Shown here: positions 8,355 through 16,812 of the stretch, piece after piece | How the letters are laid out: each line of letters begins with the position of its first letter | Position numbering within the stretch: the stretch's first letter is position 1 | Origin: a virus | Taxonomy: Duplodnaviria > Heunggongvirae > Uroviricota > Caudoviricetes | Strand: one strand, 5' to 3' | DNA length: 64,000 nucleotides | Virus record (IMG/VR): IMGVR_UViG_3300017650_000002 | Position numbers and translations under genes: made by a program | Notes under the pieces: generated by a model | What the model saw: the letters and a program-made list of their open reading frames with translations, nothing else | Told to the model about the DNA's origin: nothing | Databases searched by the model: none

Positions 8355-8621
8355 ATGAAATTTGAAAAATGGATGATTGGAGAGAAAGTAGAGGAGATTA
8401 GCACAGGGGATTGTGGTGTGGTGGTTGACAACTGCTCCCAAGAGGGATGTGCGTATGTCAGTTGGTCTTCTGGGTATCACAAAGGATATACCCTATGGAT
8501 TGACCTGGAGAAGGTTAGGTTTGTTCGGGAGGACATAAAAGAACACCGAAAGGCTGAAGTCATCAAGGAGAGCTTGGGTAAAATTGAAGAGCTTCTATCT
8601 AAAATCAAAGAGATGATCTAG
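8355..8621 (+). CDS. hypothetical protein (88 aa)
   Basis: ORF with GGGAGGAAGAAATG RBS. Confidence 0.45.
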   Translation: MKFEKWMIGEKVEEISTGDCGVVVDNCSQEGCAYVSWSSGYHKGYTLWIDLEKVRFVREDIKEHRKAEVIKESLGKIEELLSKIKEMI

Positions 8622-8751
8622 GAGGAAAGGAAGATGACCGAGAAAGATCAAGCTTGCCTCCAGGCTAACTGGTTTGCCTTTTCTTTTCTGATGCCGGGGG
8701 GTTTAAGGTGGACAACCTGCATGAACAGGACTTGTTAGTGGTTTCGGGCTG

Positions 8752-9066
8752 GTGTTAACTTATACAGTAGGAGGGATGATGGAAAAATATGAGTGGCTTG
8801 ATGTGTTGAAGGGAGCCTACCGTGTGGCTAAGGAAGTTGTTCCCATCACACGTACAGGACATATGGATTTTGATAACGAGTTTGCCTACCTCGTGCATGA
8901 GATTGAAACTTTTGCAAGTGGAGGAAAACATGAGCTTTCATTTATGTTCAGTAGATTCACTTCTGATGAGTATGCCATGGCTGCCTTATGGAAGCTGGAG
9001 GCAGAGTATGGTTTGAATGTCAAGATTTACAAAGACTACGCCACTGTATCGGGGTGGGCAGTATGA
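8752..9066 (+). CDS. hypothetical protein (104 aa)
   Basis: ORF with AGGAGG RBS. Confidence 0.45.
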   Translation: MLTYTVGGMMEKYEWLDVLKGAYRVAKEVVPITRTGHMDFDNEFAYLVHEIETFASGGKHELSFMFSRFTSDEYAMAALWKLEAEYGLNVKIYKDYATVSGWAV

Positions 9067-9230
9067 GTAAGTTCTCAGAGTTGATTAGAAGGTCACGACA
9101 ATTGAAACAGGAACATCTGAAGAAGGTTAAGAGATGGGTAGAGCTTGAAGAGCTAAACCCAGTATATGGAACTGAAGCTTGGTGGGAGAAGTACCACCTC
9201 AGCGAAAGACTATTCAAGGAGGTTCGATGA
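9063..9230 (+). CDS. hypothetical protein (55 aa)
   Basis: ATGA start/stop overlap with the upstream gene (translational coupling). Confidence 0.35.
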   Translation: MSKFSELIRRSRQLKQEHLKKVKRWVELEELNPVYGTEAWWEKYHLSERLFKEVR

Positions 9231-9409
9231 AATGTTTTTGGTGGGGCCATGATTGGTATGTCCTGTCTAAAGGCTGGTTCACCACGGTCTACGAAGATAG
9301 ACTGGTTTATGGTATAAGTCTGAGGTGTAAAATCTGTGACAAGCAACACTTCAGCACATGGGACAGGTCTATCAGCGATGAACGTGCAAAACACTTAGCA
9401 AGGGGGTAG
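9227..9409 (+). CDS. hypothetical Cys-rich protein (60 aa)
   Basis: GGAGG RBS, ATGA overlap with the previous gene; C..C...C..C spacing suggests a small Zn-binding protein. Confidence 0.35.
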   Translation: MKCFWWGHDWYVLSKGWFTTVYEDRLVYGISLRCKICDKQHFSTWDRSISDERAKHLARG

Positions 9410-9410
9410 T

Positions 9411-9677
9411 ATGAGCTTTGAGCTTTGGTGTAAAGAAAATGAGGTACGTTGGAGGGAGAAAAGTTCACAAGATATCTATCTGGCCCCACAACATAAGTTA
9501 GTCCTGAAGTCATACATCTTAGACGGCCCTCTGTTCGTCTTTTCGGATGATCTGGGACACTCGACTGAACGTACGATTTGGGAGACTGAAGAACTATACT
9601 CCCTAATCAGGCCATACCTGTCCAAGAGGATGTGTATGGAACTAATTAAGCTGGTCCAAGAGGATATTGAAGGATGA
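9411..9677 (+). CDS. hypothetical protein (88 aa)
   Basis: ORF 2 nt after previous stop. Confidence 0.45.
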   Translation: MSFELWCKENEVRWREKSSQDIYLAPQHKLVLKSYILDGPLFVFSDDLGHSTERTIWETEELYSLIRPYLSKRMCMELIKLVQEDIEG

Positions 9678-9856
9678 TTTCATTTTACAGTTTATGGTAT
9701 CTATCTTGGTTCGGTTATGCATTTCTGGTTGGGCTGGGCCTTGGTGTTTTTGTTCCATGGGTGCCTTTACAGATTTTAATGCTAATACTCTTTTGTATGC
9801 TGTTTCTAGTGTGTGAGGCGGCTATGTGCCACCTCTTAAGACAGGACAAGGAATAA
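9674..9856 (+). CDS. small membrane protein (60 aa, 2 TM)
   Basis: Overlapping start; hydrophobic throughout. Confidence 0.4.
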   Translation: MISFYSLWYLSWFGYAFLVGLGLGVFVPWVPLQILMLILFCMLFLVCEAAMCHLLRQDKE

Positions 9857-9860
9857 AATA

Positions 9861-9896
9861 AGCCCCTAGGGATTTCTCCTTAGGGGCTTTTTCTTT
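9861..9896. terminator. bidirectional intrinsic terminator at the convergence of the + early arm and the - metabolic arm (AGCCCCTAGG...CCTAGGGGCT flanked by A- and T-runs)
   Basis: 10-bp stem, T-tract TTTTTCTTT downstream and AAAATAA upstream. Confidence 0.7.
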
Positions 9897-9935
9897 ACTT
9901 CAGTATCTTCTTAGCCAACTTATTCTTGTAGGCTT

Positions 9936-10691
9936 TCATGTAAGACCTAGGAGGCTCTTGTAAGACGTATAGCAATCCTCAACAACTTGTGAGATATTGG
10001 TGAGCAACCTTGGGATGTATCCGCCCTGATAGGTGCCTGGAATGGGCAGCATATTGTCCCCAATTATGTCTGCACCTGGGAGGGAAGCAACATCCCTGTA
10101 CCAAGTCTCTACGTACTGGCCGTCCACTTTACCCAACTCCACAAGCAGGTGAAACCCTCCCCTGGTGGTTACAACGGATAAGCAGCCTGGATTGATCTTA
10201 CCACGTAGGCGTGCCAATGTGTGCCCCAGAACTACTCCATCAAAGTCAATATCTACAAACACCTTCCTGGACATAGCCTTGTGCAGTGCTGTCAAGCTTT
10301 CCTGATAGACATTAGGATTATCCTCTCCATCTGCCACAACATCAGCCAGACGCTTGAGGGCCAGCTTCGCTGCCTTTACATGACTACGTGGGTTTACTGT
10401 CACATAGGCTGCCAGGGCCTCCTGTGGCACTTCAAGCCCCTTAACTGCGTAGGATCCGATGGGACTTTCCGTCTGAAGCAGCTTTAATAGCATACGATCC
10501 TTCCCAGCTACCCAACGTGCACATTGGTGCTTGTCAGATTTCATCGTGCCAATCCCTAGGTCCCTCATGTACTTATTTCTAGCCAACAAGGAGAAGTAGT
10601 AAGTCTCTCCCTTCTTTGTATCTGGCAGCCAACCGATAAACTTGTCTAGTTCATCCTGGTCCATAACCACCATGTATGTTTCTTTCATCAT
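9936..10691 (-). CDS. hypothetical protein (251 aa); weak resemblance to the catalytic motifs of archaeo-eukaryotic primase/primase-polymerase proteins
   Basis: Contains hhhDhD (VFVDIDFDGV) followed ~35 aa later by TTRGGFHLLVEL (sGxGxH-like); inference only. Confidence 0.55.
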   Translation of the reverse strand: MMKETYMVVMDQDELDKFIGWLPDTKKGETYYFSLLARNKYMRDLGIGTMKSDKHQCARWVAGKDRMLLKLLQTESPIGSYAVKGLEVPQEALAAYVTVNPRSHVKAAKLALKRLADVVADGEDNPNVYQESLTALHKAMSRKVFVDIDFDGVVLGHTLARLRGKINPGCLSVVTTRGGFHLLVELGKVDGQYVETWYRDVASLPGADIIGDNMLPIPGTYQGGYIPRLLTNISQVVEDCYTSYKSLLGLT

Positions 10692-10759
10692 TCCTCCTCA
10701 TGTACAAATAAATACGAAAAATCGACACATCCTAGGGACATGTCGATTCTATAAGCATA

Positions 10760-11047
10760 TCATAACTTTTGATGCCGCCTTCCGTAGCTGGTCCTAAGAT
10801 CCTGTAATGTTTCCTTTCTAACCGCTTCAGCCCTTTCGTCATACTTTTTAACAACCCAGGCCAATAGGAACCAAAATGGTGGGAACACCGGAAGGATTAT
10901 GTGTACTAGGAGTTGAGCAACATAGTACAGAAAACCCTTAATAGCAGACCAGAGGTCGATTAGCACTTCTGGTAGCCTACCCCATGCTTTCAGGCAATCC
11001 ACCGAGACGGCTTTTAGGTATTGAAAGTAGGTCATAGCTTGCTCCAA
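10760..11047 (-). CDS. membrane protein (95 aa, 2 TM)
   Basis: ORF on the - arm; hydrophobic segments. Confidence 0.45.
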   Translation of the reverse strand: MEQAMTYFQYLKAVSVDCLKAWGRLPEVLIDLWSAIKGFLYYVAQLLVHIILPVFPPFWFLLAWVVKKYDERAEAVRKETLQDLRTSYGRRHQKL

Positions 11048-11271
11048 ATATTATAGTTGTCCCTCATAAACTTTCTACCCCTACTGGTTGGAAGTTTATT
11101 CTTTCCGATTAGTTTCATTCGGATCATAATCATATCCAGGGTATGTCCCACATAATACCCAGCGGATTTATGTACAACCCCCTCCACTAGAATCTCTAGG
11201 TGGTTAGAATTGGATCCAAAATTAGTACCCTCAAACTCACTTTCGATTTCTTCAAGTGTTACTGACTTCAT
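11032..11271 (-). CDS. hypothetical protein (79 aa)
   Basis: ORF on the - arm overlapping the next gene by 16 nt. Confidence 0.4.
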   Translation of the reverse strand: MKSVTLEEIESEFEGTNFGSNSNHLEILVEGVVHKSAGYYVGHTLDMIMIRMKLIGKNKLPTSRGRKFMRDNYNIWSKL

Positions 11272-11454
11272 ATATCCTCCCCTCTTGCCAGTATCCGTAT
11301 TTGGTGCATAACTGAATCTGGATTAGTCCTGAAGTAGTGTGACAAGGATTGCACAAGCACATCAGTCCTTGGATCACCCTTCCCAGACATGTACAGGAAA
11401 TCTAGAGCCATCTCTTCCAGCTCACTTACTGTATATTTCACATGCCCTCCAATG

Positions 11455-11480
11455 CAAACAGGGGCCGAAGCCCCTGAATT
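11455..11480 (-). terminator. putative terminator hairpin GGGGC-CGAA-GCCCC downstream of gene 11482-12639
   Basis: The same hairpin sequence recurs at 20510-20523. Confidence 0.4.
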
Positions 11481-11481
11481 C

Positions 11482-12639
11482 TTACTCGTAAACTGTGATT
11501 GTTTGCTTCTTTGGTGTTACCTTTTGGACTGTAGCATAGTCCAGCTCATAGCCGTAGTGGCTATAGTAGCTGTAAAGCACTTTGTAGAACACTCCGTCAA
11601 TGTTGAAAACTGTGTAGCAGTCTTCTGCTCCACCTTCTCCACCACCGTCCTGTTCTACGAACACACCCTCTTCCAAGAAGTCACCGTCTGCCAGAATGGA
11701 ACTGAATTCATCCATGGCTGCTTCTCGTGCCTCTGCCACAGCCTCCGCATCGCTCATATCCACATTACGGAAGTAATAGCTTTCAGTGTCTACCTTGGTT
11801 GACAGCAGTTCCTTCAGGGTTTCTAGACTAATGGTCTTTGACATATAAATCTCCTTTAAATTAAGTTTCTCCAACACATTCATCATCTCTGTGTGGAGTG
11901 GTTTTAGAAAATGTTCCAGGTTCAGAATGATAAACTCTGAAGCCCACCCCTTTGTAAGGACTGTCACAGTTTTGTGCAGACTCTTATTCCAGGCTTGTTG
12001 TATTGTAATTGACTGTCCCTTATTTGTCAACTGAGGGATTAGCCACCGCTCCAGTGCAATAACAGCTATCTCCTCTTTGAACATCCGTATTTGGCTGTAC
12101 ATAGGAAGATTGTTGAACTTATTACGATCAATAAACACTTCGTGTCCATCTTTCAAACAAGTAGTGTACACTGGTTTCTCTGGATATGCAACCATCTCAT
12201 GCAAAAGATCATGTTCGTGTTGCTTTGGCACAAAGTCATCAAAGAATTCATCCTTAGTCTTGTATAAGGAAAGGAAGTCTTTGTTGCCATGCTCCACCTT
12301 CCAGTGTTCTTTCAAAGTGTTGTAGAGGATTCGGTTATACCTACCACTAGTCCTCTGACTCAGCACCAAAACATCCTGCACATGCTTCCACCAGAAGATG
12401 TCATAAGTTAGGTGGGACAATTTAATAGCTAATAGGTCCCTATTTACAGCCACTCCCCAGATTTGACTTTCGTAGGAAAAGTCGAACATCACTTCCCCCG
12501 GCATTACGCAGACATCCTCCCTACCATCAGGTAGGTAGTCCCTGCTATCTGTCCAAACATCTAAGTCTGTAGGTCTATCAGACTTCCTATGAATAGACCA
12601 AGTATTCATAGCCTTCCTTCCAACAACAATCTTACCCAT
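11482..12639 (-). CDS. hypothetical protein (386 aa)
   Basis: Long ORF; start trimmed to MGKIVVGRK because the 5' extension runs into the high-GC neighbour; no recognisable motif. Confidence 0.55.
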   Translation of the reverse strand: MGKIVVGRKAMNTWSIHRKSDRPTDLDVWTDSRDYLPDGREDVCVMPGEVMFDFSYESQIWGVAVNRDLLAIKLSHLTYDIFWWKHVQDVLVLSQRTSGRYNRILYNTLKEHWKVEHGNKDFLSLYKTKDEFFDDFVPKQHEHDLLHEMVAYPEKPVYTTCLKDGHEVFIDRNKFNNLPMYSQIRMFKEEIAVIALERWLIPQLTNKGQSITIQQAWNKSLHKTVTVLTKGWASEFIILNLEHFLKPLHTEMMNVLEKLNLKEIYMSKTISLETLKELLSTKVDTESYYFRNVDMSDAEAVAEAREAAMDEFSSILADGDFLEEGVFVEQDGGGEGGAEDCYTVFNIDGVFYKVLYSYYSHYGYELDYATVQKVTPKKQTITVYE

Positions 12640-13282
12640 TTGCCACACCCTCGTAGGTGTCCGCAAACTTGGGCTTGCCAGTCTGGGGTGTGGCATAGAG
12701 GTAGCTATTGAACGGTGCATCGGAAGTCAGCCAGGTTAGGTTGCCGAAACCGTCGATCCTGGCGACCGGCTTCACCTCGCTGGCCTGGGGCGCGGCAAAG
12801 AGCGGCATTTCGTCATGCTCCGCGACATGGCCAGCCGGACGCCAGTACACCCAAGCGTCGCTGCCTTCGTCGCGCACGCTTTCCAGCACATCTTTCTCGA
12901 TCCAGCAGACTGGCTGCGCCTCCCCGGCTACAGGGGCGCTTGCCATGTCATGGGCGATCTTCGCCGCGTCGGTTGCGCATCGCTCAAAGTTGTCGCGTGA
13001 AATGCCGAACCCCAGCGCGGTTTCGTAGTGGCTTGCGGCCACATCGCGCAGACGTTCAGCTAGCACCTCCGGATCAAACGCCGCCCGCTCATCGGCTACA
13101 GGGGCGCGCAGCTTGGATAGCAAGGCGGCCTGCACGGCAGCGCACGCCATCAACAGGCCATCTGGCGAATACGCTTCCTTGGAATTCGTTTCCCATGCTG
13201 CGGTAGCGATAGCCAGCAACTGGTCATCGCTGAACCCGATTTCTTGCCCTGCCGCCTGGGTAATGTTGTTCTGGTTAGTCAT
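12632..13282 (-). CDS. hypothetical protein (216 aa), compositional outlier (~62% GC vs ~42% background); paralog of 58799-59581
   Basis: GGAGGA RBS and TAAATG coupling to the upstream gene; shares the N-terminus MTNQN and motifs ASAPVAGEA and AAPQASEV with the 58.8 kb ORF. Confidence 0.55.
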   Translation of the reverse strand: MTNQNNITQAAGQEIGFSDDQLLAIATAAWETNSKEAYSPDGLLMACAAVQAALLSKLRAPVADERAAFDPEVLAERLRDVAASHYETALGFGISRDNFERCATDAAKIAHDMASAPVAGEAQPVCWIEKDVLESVRDEGSDAWVYWRPAGHVAEHDEMPLFAAPQASEVKPVARIDGFGNLTWLTSDAPFNSYLYATPQTGKPKFADTYEGVANG

Positions 13283-13524
13283 TTAGTCCTCCAATAATCC
13301 CCATTAAGTATATCCTGTGCATGTTCCTTGAAGTTTTCACACTGAGAACAAGAGCACCAATAGTCAGGTTTTGAGTCGTAAGCATCAGCCACTTCCACTG
13401 CAAGCTTCATCAAAGCGTGCACACGTTTGAGTATAACTTCGTTGTCAGGATCACAAACCAACTTAATTGAAAGGTCCTCCAGAAACGTGGAGTAGTCGTT
13501 TTGGATGTTAGTGCCTATTTCCAT
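13279..13524 (-). CDS. hypothetical protein (81 aa, Cys-rich)
   Basis: ORF on the - arm. Confidence 0.4.
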   Translation of the reverse strand: MEIGTNIQNDYSTFLEDLSIKLVCDPDNEVILKRVHALMKLAVEVADAYDSKPDYWCSCSQCENFKEHAQDILNGDYWRTK

Positions 13525-13814
13525 GATACCTCCATCGGTCCAGGTCGTCCATAGAAATCCGTTCCAACAGAAACTTGGTAATCAAGAAGTCCAAGTTCAT
13601 GAGAGATATCACTAAGGATGTCTCTGGCTTGTTCATCTGTCAGTTCTGCTGAGTAGTGACAGCTTACGAGTACACTACTGCAGTTTTCCGTAGGATCTTT
13701 CCAGACTGAACTGAGGCAATGGGTGATCCTCTCCACAATATCTTCGTAGTATTTCATCTCCAATCCAGTCTTGGATGTACGGAATCGCATCTCTTCTGCA
13801 TTCTTGATCCTCAT
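13515..13814 (-). CDS. hypothetical protein (99 aa)
   Basis: ORF on the - arm. Confidence 0.4.
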   Translation of the reverse strand: MRIKNAEEMRFRTSKTGLEMKYYEDIVERITHCLSSVWKDPTENCSSVLVSCHYSAELTDEQARDILSDISHELGLLDYQVSVGTDFYGRPGPMEVSWK

Positions 13815-13823
13815 AGGCCCTCC

Positions 13824-14138
13824 TTAAGTATGTTCCACATATCGAATTCCTGCAACCTTAATGGCCTCTTCACAAATTTGACAAGGCTTTGCATTCATCG
13901 GTTTACCTTGGTTATTATATCTGAAAACCAGAATCTTGTGTGCTTTTGACAAATCTTTACATTTGACAATGGCAGCAACTTCAGCATGAAGAAAAATTTT
14001 GTGCTCATTTCCCGATTTCTTGGCGTACATAGCCTGAAGCGGGTGAGTCTTCTCATAGGAGTTCTGCCCTATGGACAACACCCTTCCACGTTTGTCCTGA
14101 ATAATTGCCGTCATGCTCTGTTTGGTAGTCATTTCCAC
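13824..14138 (-). CDS. small cytidine/deoxycytidylate-deaminase-fold protein (104 aa)
   Basis: Zinc-binding CDA signature H-A-E (HAEVAAI) ... PCxxC (PCQICEEAI). Confidence 0.5.
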   Translation of the reverse strand: MEMTTKQSMTAIIQDKRGRVLSIGQNSYEKTHPLQAMYAKKSGNEHKIFLHAEVAAIVKCKDLSKAHKILVFRYNNQGKPMNAKPCQICEEAIKVAGIRYVEHT

Positions 14139-14176
14139 ATTCCAAGTTAAAAACGTAGTCTATCACACCTCTGGAC

Positions 14177-14202
14177 AAAAGAAAAGCCCCAAAAGGGGCT
14201 TT
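14177..14202 (-). terminator. intrinsic terminator GCCCC-AAAA-GGGGC with flanking A/T runs
   Basis: AAAAGAAAAGCCCCAAAAGGGGCTTTGTCTT; downstream of - gene 14270-14641. Confidence 0.5.
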
Positions 14203-14269
14203 GTCTTAAATCCTACACAACCAAACGGACATGTTAAGCCAGCTCATCGCCAGCATGATATCGGGGAGG

Positions 14270-14641
14270 TTAACAAAGATCGTCATTTTCTTTCCTAAAC
14301 CGACGAATACGATCATTAACCTTGTTCAAGGCTGCGCGCATTTCGAAATACTCTGTGCTCCAAGCCTCTGTTGCTACGGATAGGGCATATACCAATCCTC
14401 CCAGTCCCTTTACGTTCTCAAGAGGAAACATAAGGCCTTGGTTATTAAGCTTTGCCCGTCGAATACCTTCCTTACGGTCAAAATTTACGTCGTGACACAC
14501 CGACCAGCTTGCCGATACATACTTATCCTCGTAGTCAATTGTAAATACTACGGTAATTCCATGCATATTACTTACGTCAGCAGGATACCAGCCACCAACG
14601 TGGTGACGAATGTGACGTACAACTTCCACTGTGTTGTTCAT
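14270..14641 (-). CDS. hypothetical protein (123 aa)
   Basis: ORF on the - arm. Confidence 0.45.
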   Translation of the reverse strand: MNNTVEVVRHIRHHVGGWYPADVSNMHGITVVFTIDYEDKYVSASWSVCHDVNFDRKEGIRRAKLNNQGLMFPLENVKGLGGLVYALSVATEAWSTEYFEMRAALNKVNDRIRRFRKENDDLC

Positions 14642-14650
14642 TATTACTCC

Positions 14651-15043
14651 TTATAGATATTTTTCCACATATTCAACAACCTTCTCGTACCCGTCTACAC
14701 CTTTGTAGACTCTATCGTTTACATACATGATACTGCTGTGTCGGGTAAAGTGAATATTGTTGACTTCAGGCAGACCAGCCCAGGCCAATACCTTGTTTGG
14801 GATCTTGTCTGGCTCTTCCTCATAATCTGGGAAGAGTACATTCCAAGATTTCTTCTTTTCCTTTGCGTATAGATCCATAATCACACCACCAGCGCAGAAA
14901 CAGTTCACCATTTTATCGCCACCTTGGTCATCCCAAAGTGCCTCTTTGAGACTGCCCTCAGTCTTTTTGTACTTACCTGAAGTAAGTGCATCCAGGAACT
15001 TCCTCTTGATTTCAGGCTTCATCTTACCAAATTTCTTACTCAT
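14651..15043 (-). CDS. hypothetical protein (130 aa)
   Basis: ORF on the - arm. Confidence 0.45.
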   Translation of the reverse strand: MSKKFGKMKPEIKRKFLDALTSGKYKKTEGSLKEALWDDQGGDKMVNCFCAGGVIMDLYAKEKKKSWNVLFPDYEEEPDKIPNKVLAWAGLPEVNNIHFTRHSSIMYVNDRVYKGVDGYEKVVEYVEKYL

Positions 15044-15068
15044 AATTCCTCCTTTGTTCAGTGTAGGA

Positions 15069-16211
15069 TTATTCTAGCACAACCCACTTACCATTGTCAA
15101 CACGTACATTCCGAAGTTTTATGCCTACGGGTTTTGTTGGAATTCCGGCATCAGAGTATTCCTCAAACTCGACGGTAATGAAACTTCCGATTAGCTTCTC
15201 TGCGTTAACGCAGAGACGATAGTTCACGTCAGGGTCAGCTTCTTTGAGCATCAGGCACTCCACTTGAACTCCGTTTTCCAACTCACACAACAGCACACCC
15301 TGTTGATTTTTATCCTCCTCCACACTAACTACACGAGCTTCTGTCTCCTGCCTTGGCTTACGCTTAATTACATCATAGCTTCGCTTACCAAATTCGTATT
15401 GACCGTACACGTTCCTCCAGACACTGCCTTCATAGCCAGCTTTTACATAGTTGTCATGTACACTGTCGTAGATTTCCTTGGTGTACACATAGGAGGTATC
15501 TACAACCTTAAACAGGTATTCCAAGTCCAGGTTTATAATGTCCGTTGACAGAGAGTCCATCAGACGTGTACGAAGTTCAAACCCGACATTAGAAGCCGGA
15601 ATGTCATAGATCCACAGTTGGAGCTTATCAGTGTTCTCATTTGGCTTTCGGAACGCAGACACAATCTGCTGCAAGCTCAGCCCACCTTCAGACTCCAGTC
15701 CAGCATAGGCTTCACAGTCCAATCCAAGTGGAATTGCATTGTTAAGGGCCAGCTTGTTTATGCCGTCTTGTAGGTGCTTCGGAAGGGAGTATGGCTCCCC
15801 AGCTTTACTCCATGCTTGCCCGTCCCTGTCAATCATAACACGAATACCATTCAGCTTTGGCTGAACGTATCCTGGATACACAACTTTGTGCGGATAATGC
15901 TTGTAGTCCTGGCACTTCATAGGGGTGAATTCTTGGAAATTCAGGGCCTCTTCTTGGGTTTCAAAGTATCCCGATTTCTTCTGCTTAACCCACTTGGCCT
16001 CTGCCTCGATATCTGCCTGCTGTTCTGGTGTAGTCTCATTTGACTTGCCAATGTTCTTTGCAGTTGCCTTTGTCACCTTGGTTTGAATTTTTCCACCAAC
16101 CTTACCGTGCTTAACGTGGATTTCATCCCCACGAGTAAACACAGCCCAATACTTCAAACCTCCCTTGCTGTCTTTTCCATAAAGCTCTAGCATCACTTCT
16201 CCTTTATCCAC
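15069..16211 (-). CDS. ATP-dependent DNA ligase (minimal Chlorella-virus-like adenylation + OB domains with N-terminal extension)
   Basis: Motif I PKLNGIR (KxDGxR-like), motif IV/V YEGSVWRN...YEFGKRSYDVIKRK; architecture parallels the PBCV-1 ligase. Confidence 0.6.
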   Translation of the reverse strand: MDKGEVMLELYGKDSKGGLKYWAVFTRGDEIHVKHGKVGGKIQTKVTKATAKNIGKSNETTPEQQADIEAEAKWVKQKKSGYFETQEEALNFQEFTPMKCQDYKHYPHKVVYPGYVQPKLNGIRVMIDRDGQAWSKAGEPYSLPKHLQDGINKLALNNAIPLGLDCEAYAGLESEGGLSLQQIVSAFRKPNENTDKLQLWIYDIPASNVGFELRTRLMDSLSTDIINLDLEYLFKVVDTSYVYTKEIYDSVHDNYVKAGYEGSVWRNVYGQYEFGKRSYDVIKRKPRQETEARVVSVEEDKNQQGVLLCELENGVQVECLMLKEADPDVNYRLCVNAEKLIGSFITVEFEEYSDAGIPTKPVGIKLRNVRVDNGKWVVLE

Positions 16212-16384
16212 TCATCGAATGTCATCCGCTTAGACTCAAATGGATCTGAGTCTAGATACTCCATATACCTGTAGAAATCCATTCTAAACCTAAGCTCAGA
16301 TGCAAGCATCTTTGTGATGCTACGCATCTCACGGAGACATCCCATGAACATACACAGCCTCTCGTACTCACTTAGAGAGTTCAT
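16193..16384 (-). CDS. hypothetical protein (63 aa)
   Basis: Small ORF overlapping its neighbours. Confidence 0.35.
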   Translation of the reverse strand: MNSLSEYERLCMFMGCLREMRSITKMLASELRFRMDFYRYMEYLDSDPFESKRMTFDEWIKEK

Positions 16385-16580
16385 TGATCTTCCTGGACAA
16401 ATCTACGTTGTTTTCAATCAAAAACCACTTCTCTTGTAAGATTCTATTGAGTACAGACTTCATGAAGGACTCAAATTGAACTTCTTGCAGATTTGGATTT
16501 GACATGATGAAGGATTGAATAGTTCCATCCCTCTTGTTTGGATCTAAAGATTTTACATACTCAATCTGGGATGGTGTCAT
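16368..16580 (-). CDS. hypothetical protein (70 aa)
   Basis: Small ORF in the operon. Confidence 0.35.
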   Translation of the reverse strand: MTPSQIEYVKSLDPNKRDGTIQSFIMSNPNLQEVQFESFMKSVLNRILQEKWFLIENNVDLSRKINELSK

Positions 16581-16810
16581 TGATCTTCCACATAGCAGTA
16601 GACCAGCTTACTTAGGCACACTTCCTCTAATGTAGATTCGTCCATCACTTCAAGGGCATCCTCGGGGTAATCTGTGCAATCTAGCAGGGCTGCAATAAGG
16701 CAGCCCCTCCAAGTGGTCCAAGACCCGTTTAAATCTCCACTCTTGTATAGATCAATCTCCCAGCCTGGAATTGTACTATAGAACTCTCGCGTGAACATGT
16801 AAGTTTTCAT
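16577..16810 (-). CDS. hypothetical protein (77 aa)
   Basis: Small ORF in the operon. Confidence 0.35.
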   Translation of the reverse strand: MKTYMFTREFYSTIPGWEIDLYKSGDLNGSWTTWRGCLIAALLDCTDYPEDALEVMDESTLEEVCLSKLVYCYVEDQ

Positions 16811-16812
16811 AT

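Noticed and set aside
11389-11802. + strand ORF of 137 aa
   Set aside because: Antisense to the 386-aa - strand gene and overlaps its terminator hairpin.
12708-13206. + strand ORFs 12708-13028, 12715-13206 and 12815-13000 (Arg/Pro/Ala-rich)
   Set aside because: Typical stop-codon-poor artefacts of a high-GC segment; the - strand gene has an RBS and coupling. The same applies to - ORF 58742-59494 opposite the second high-GC gene.
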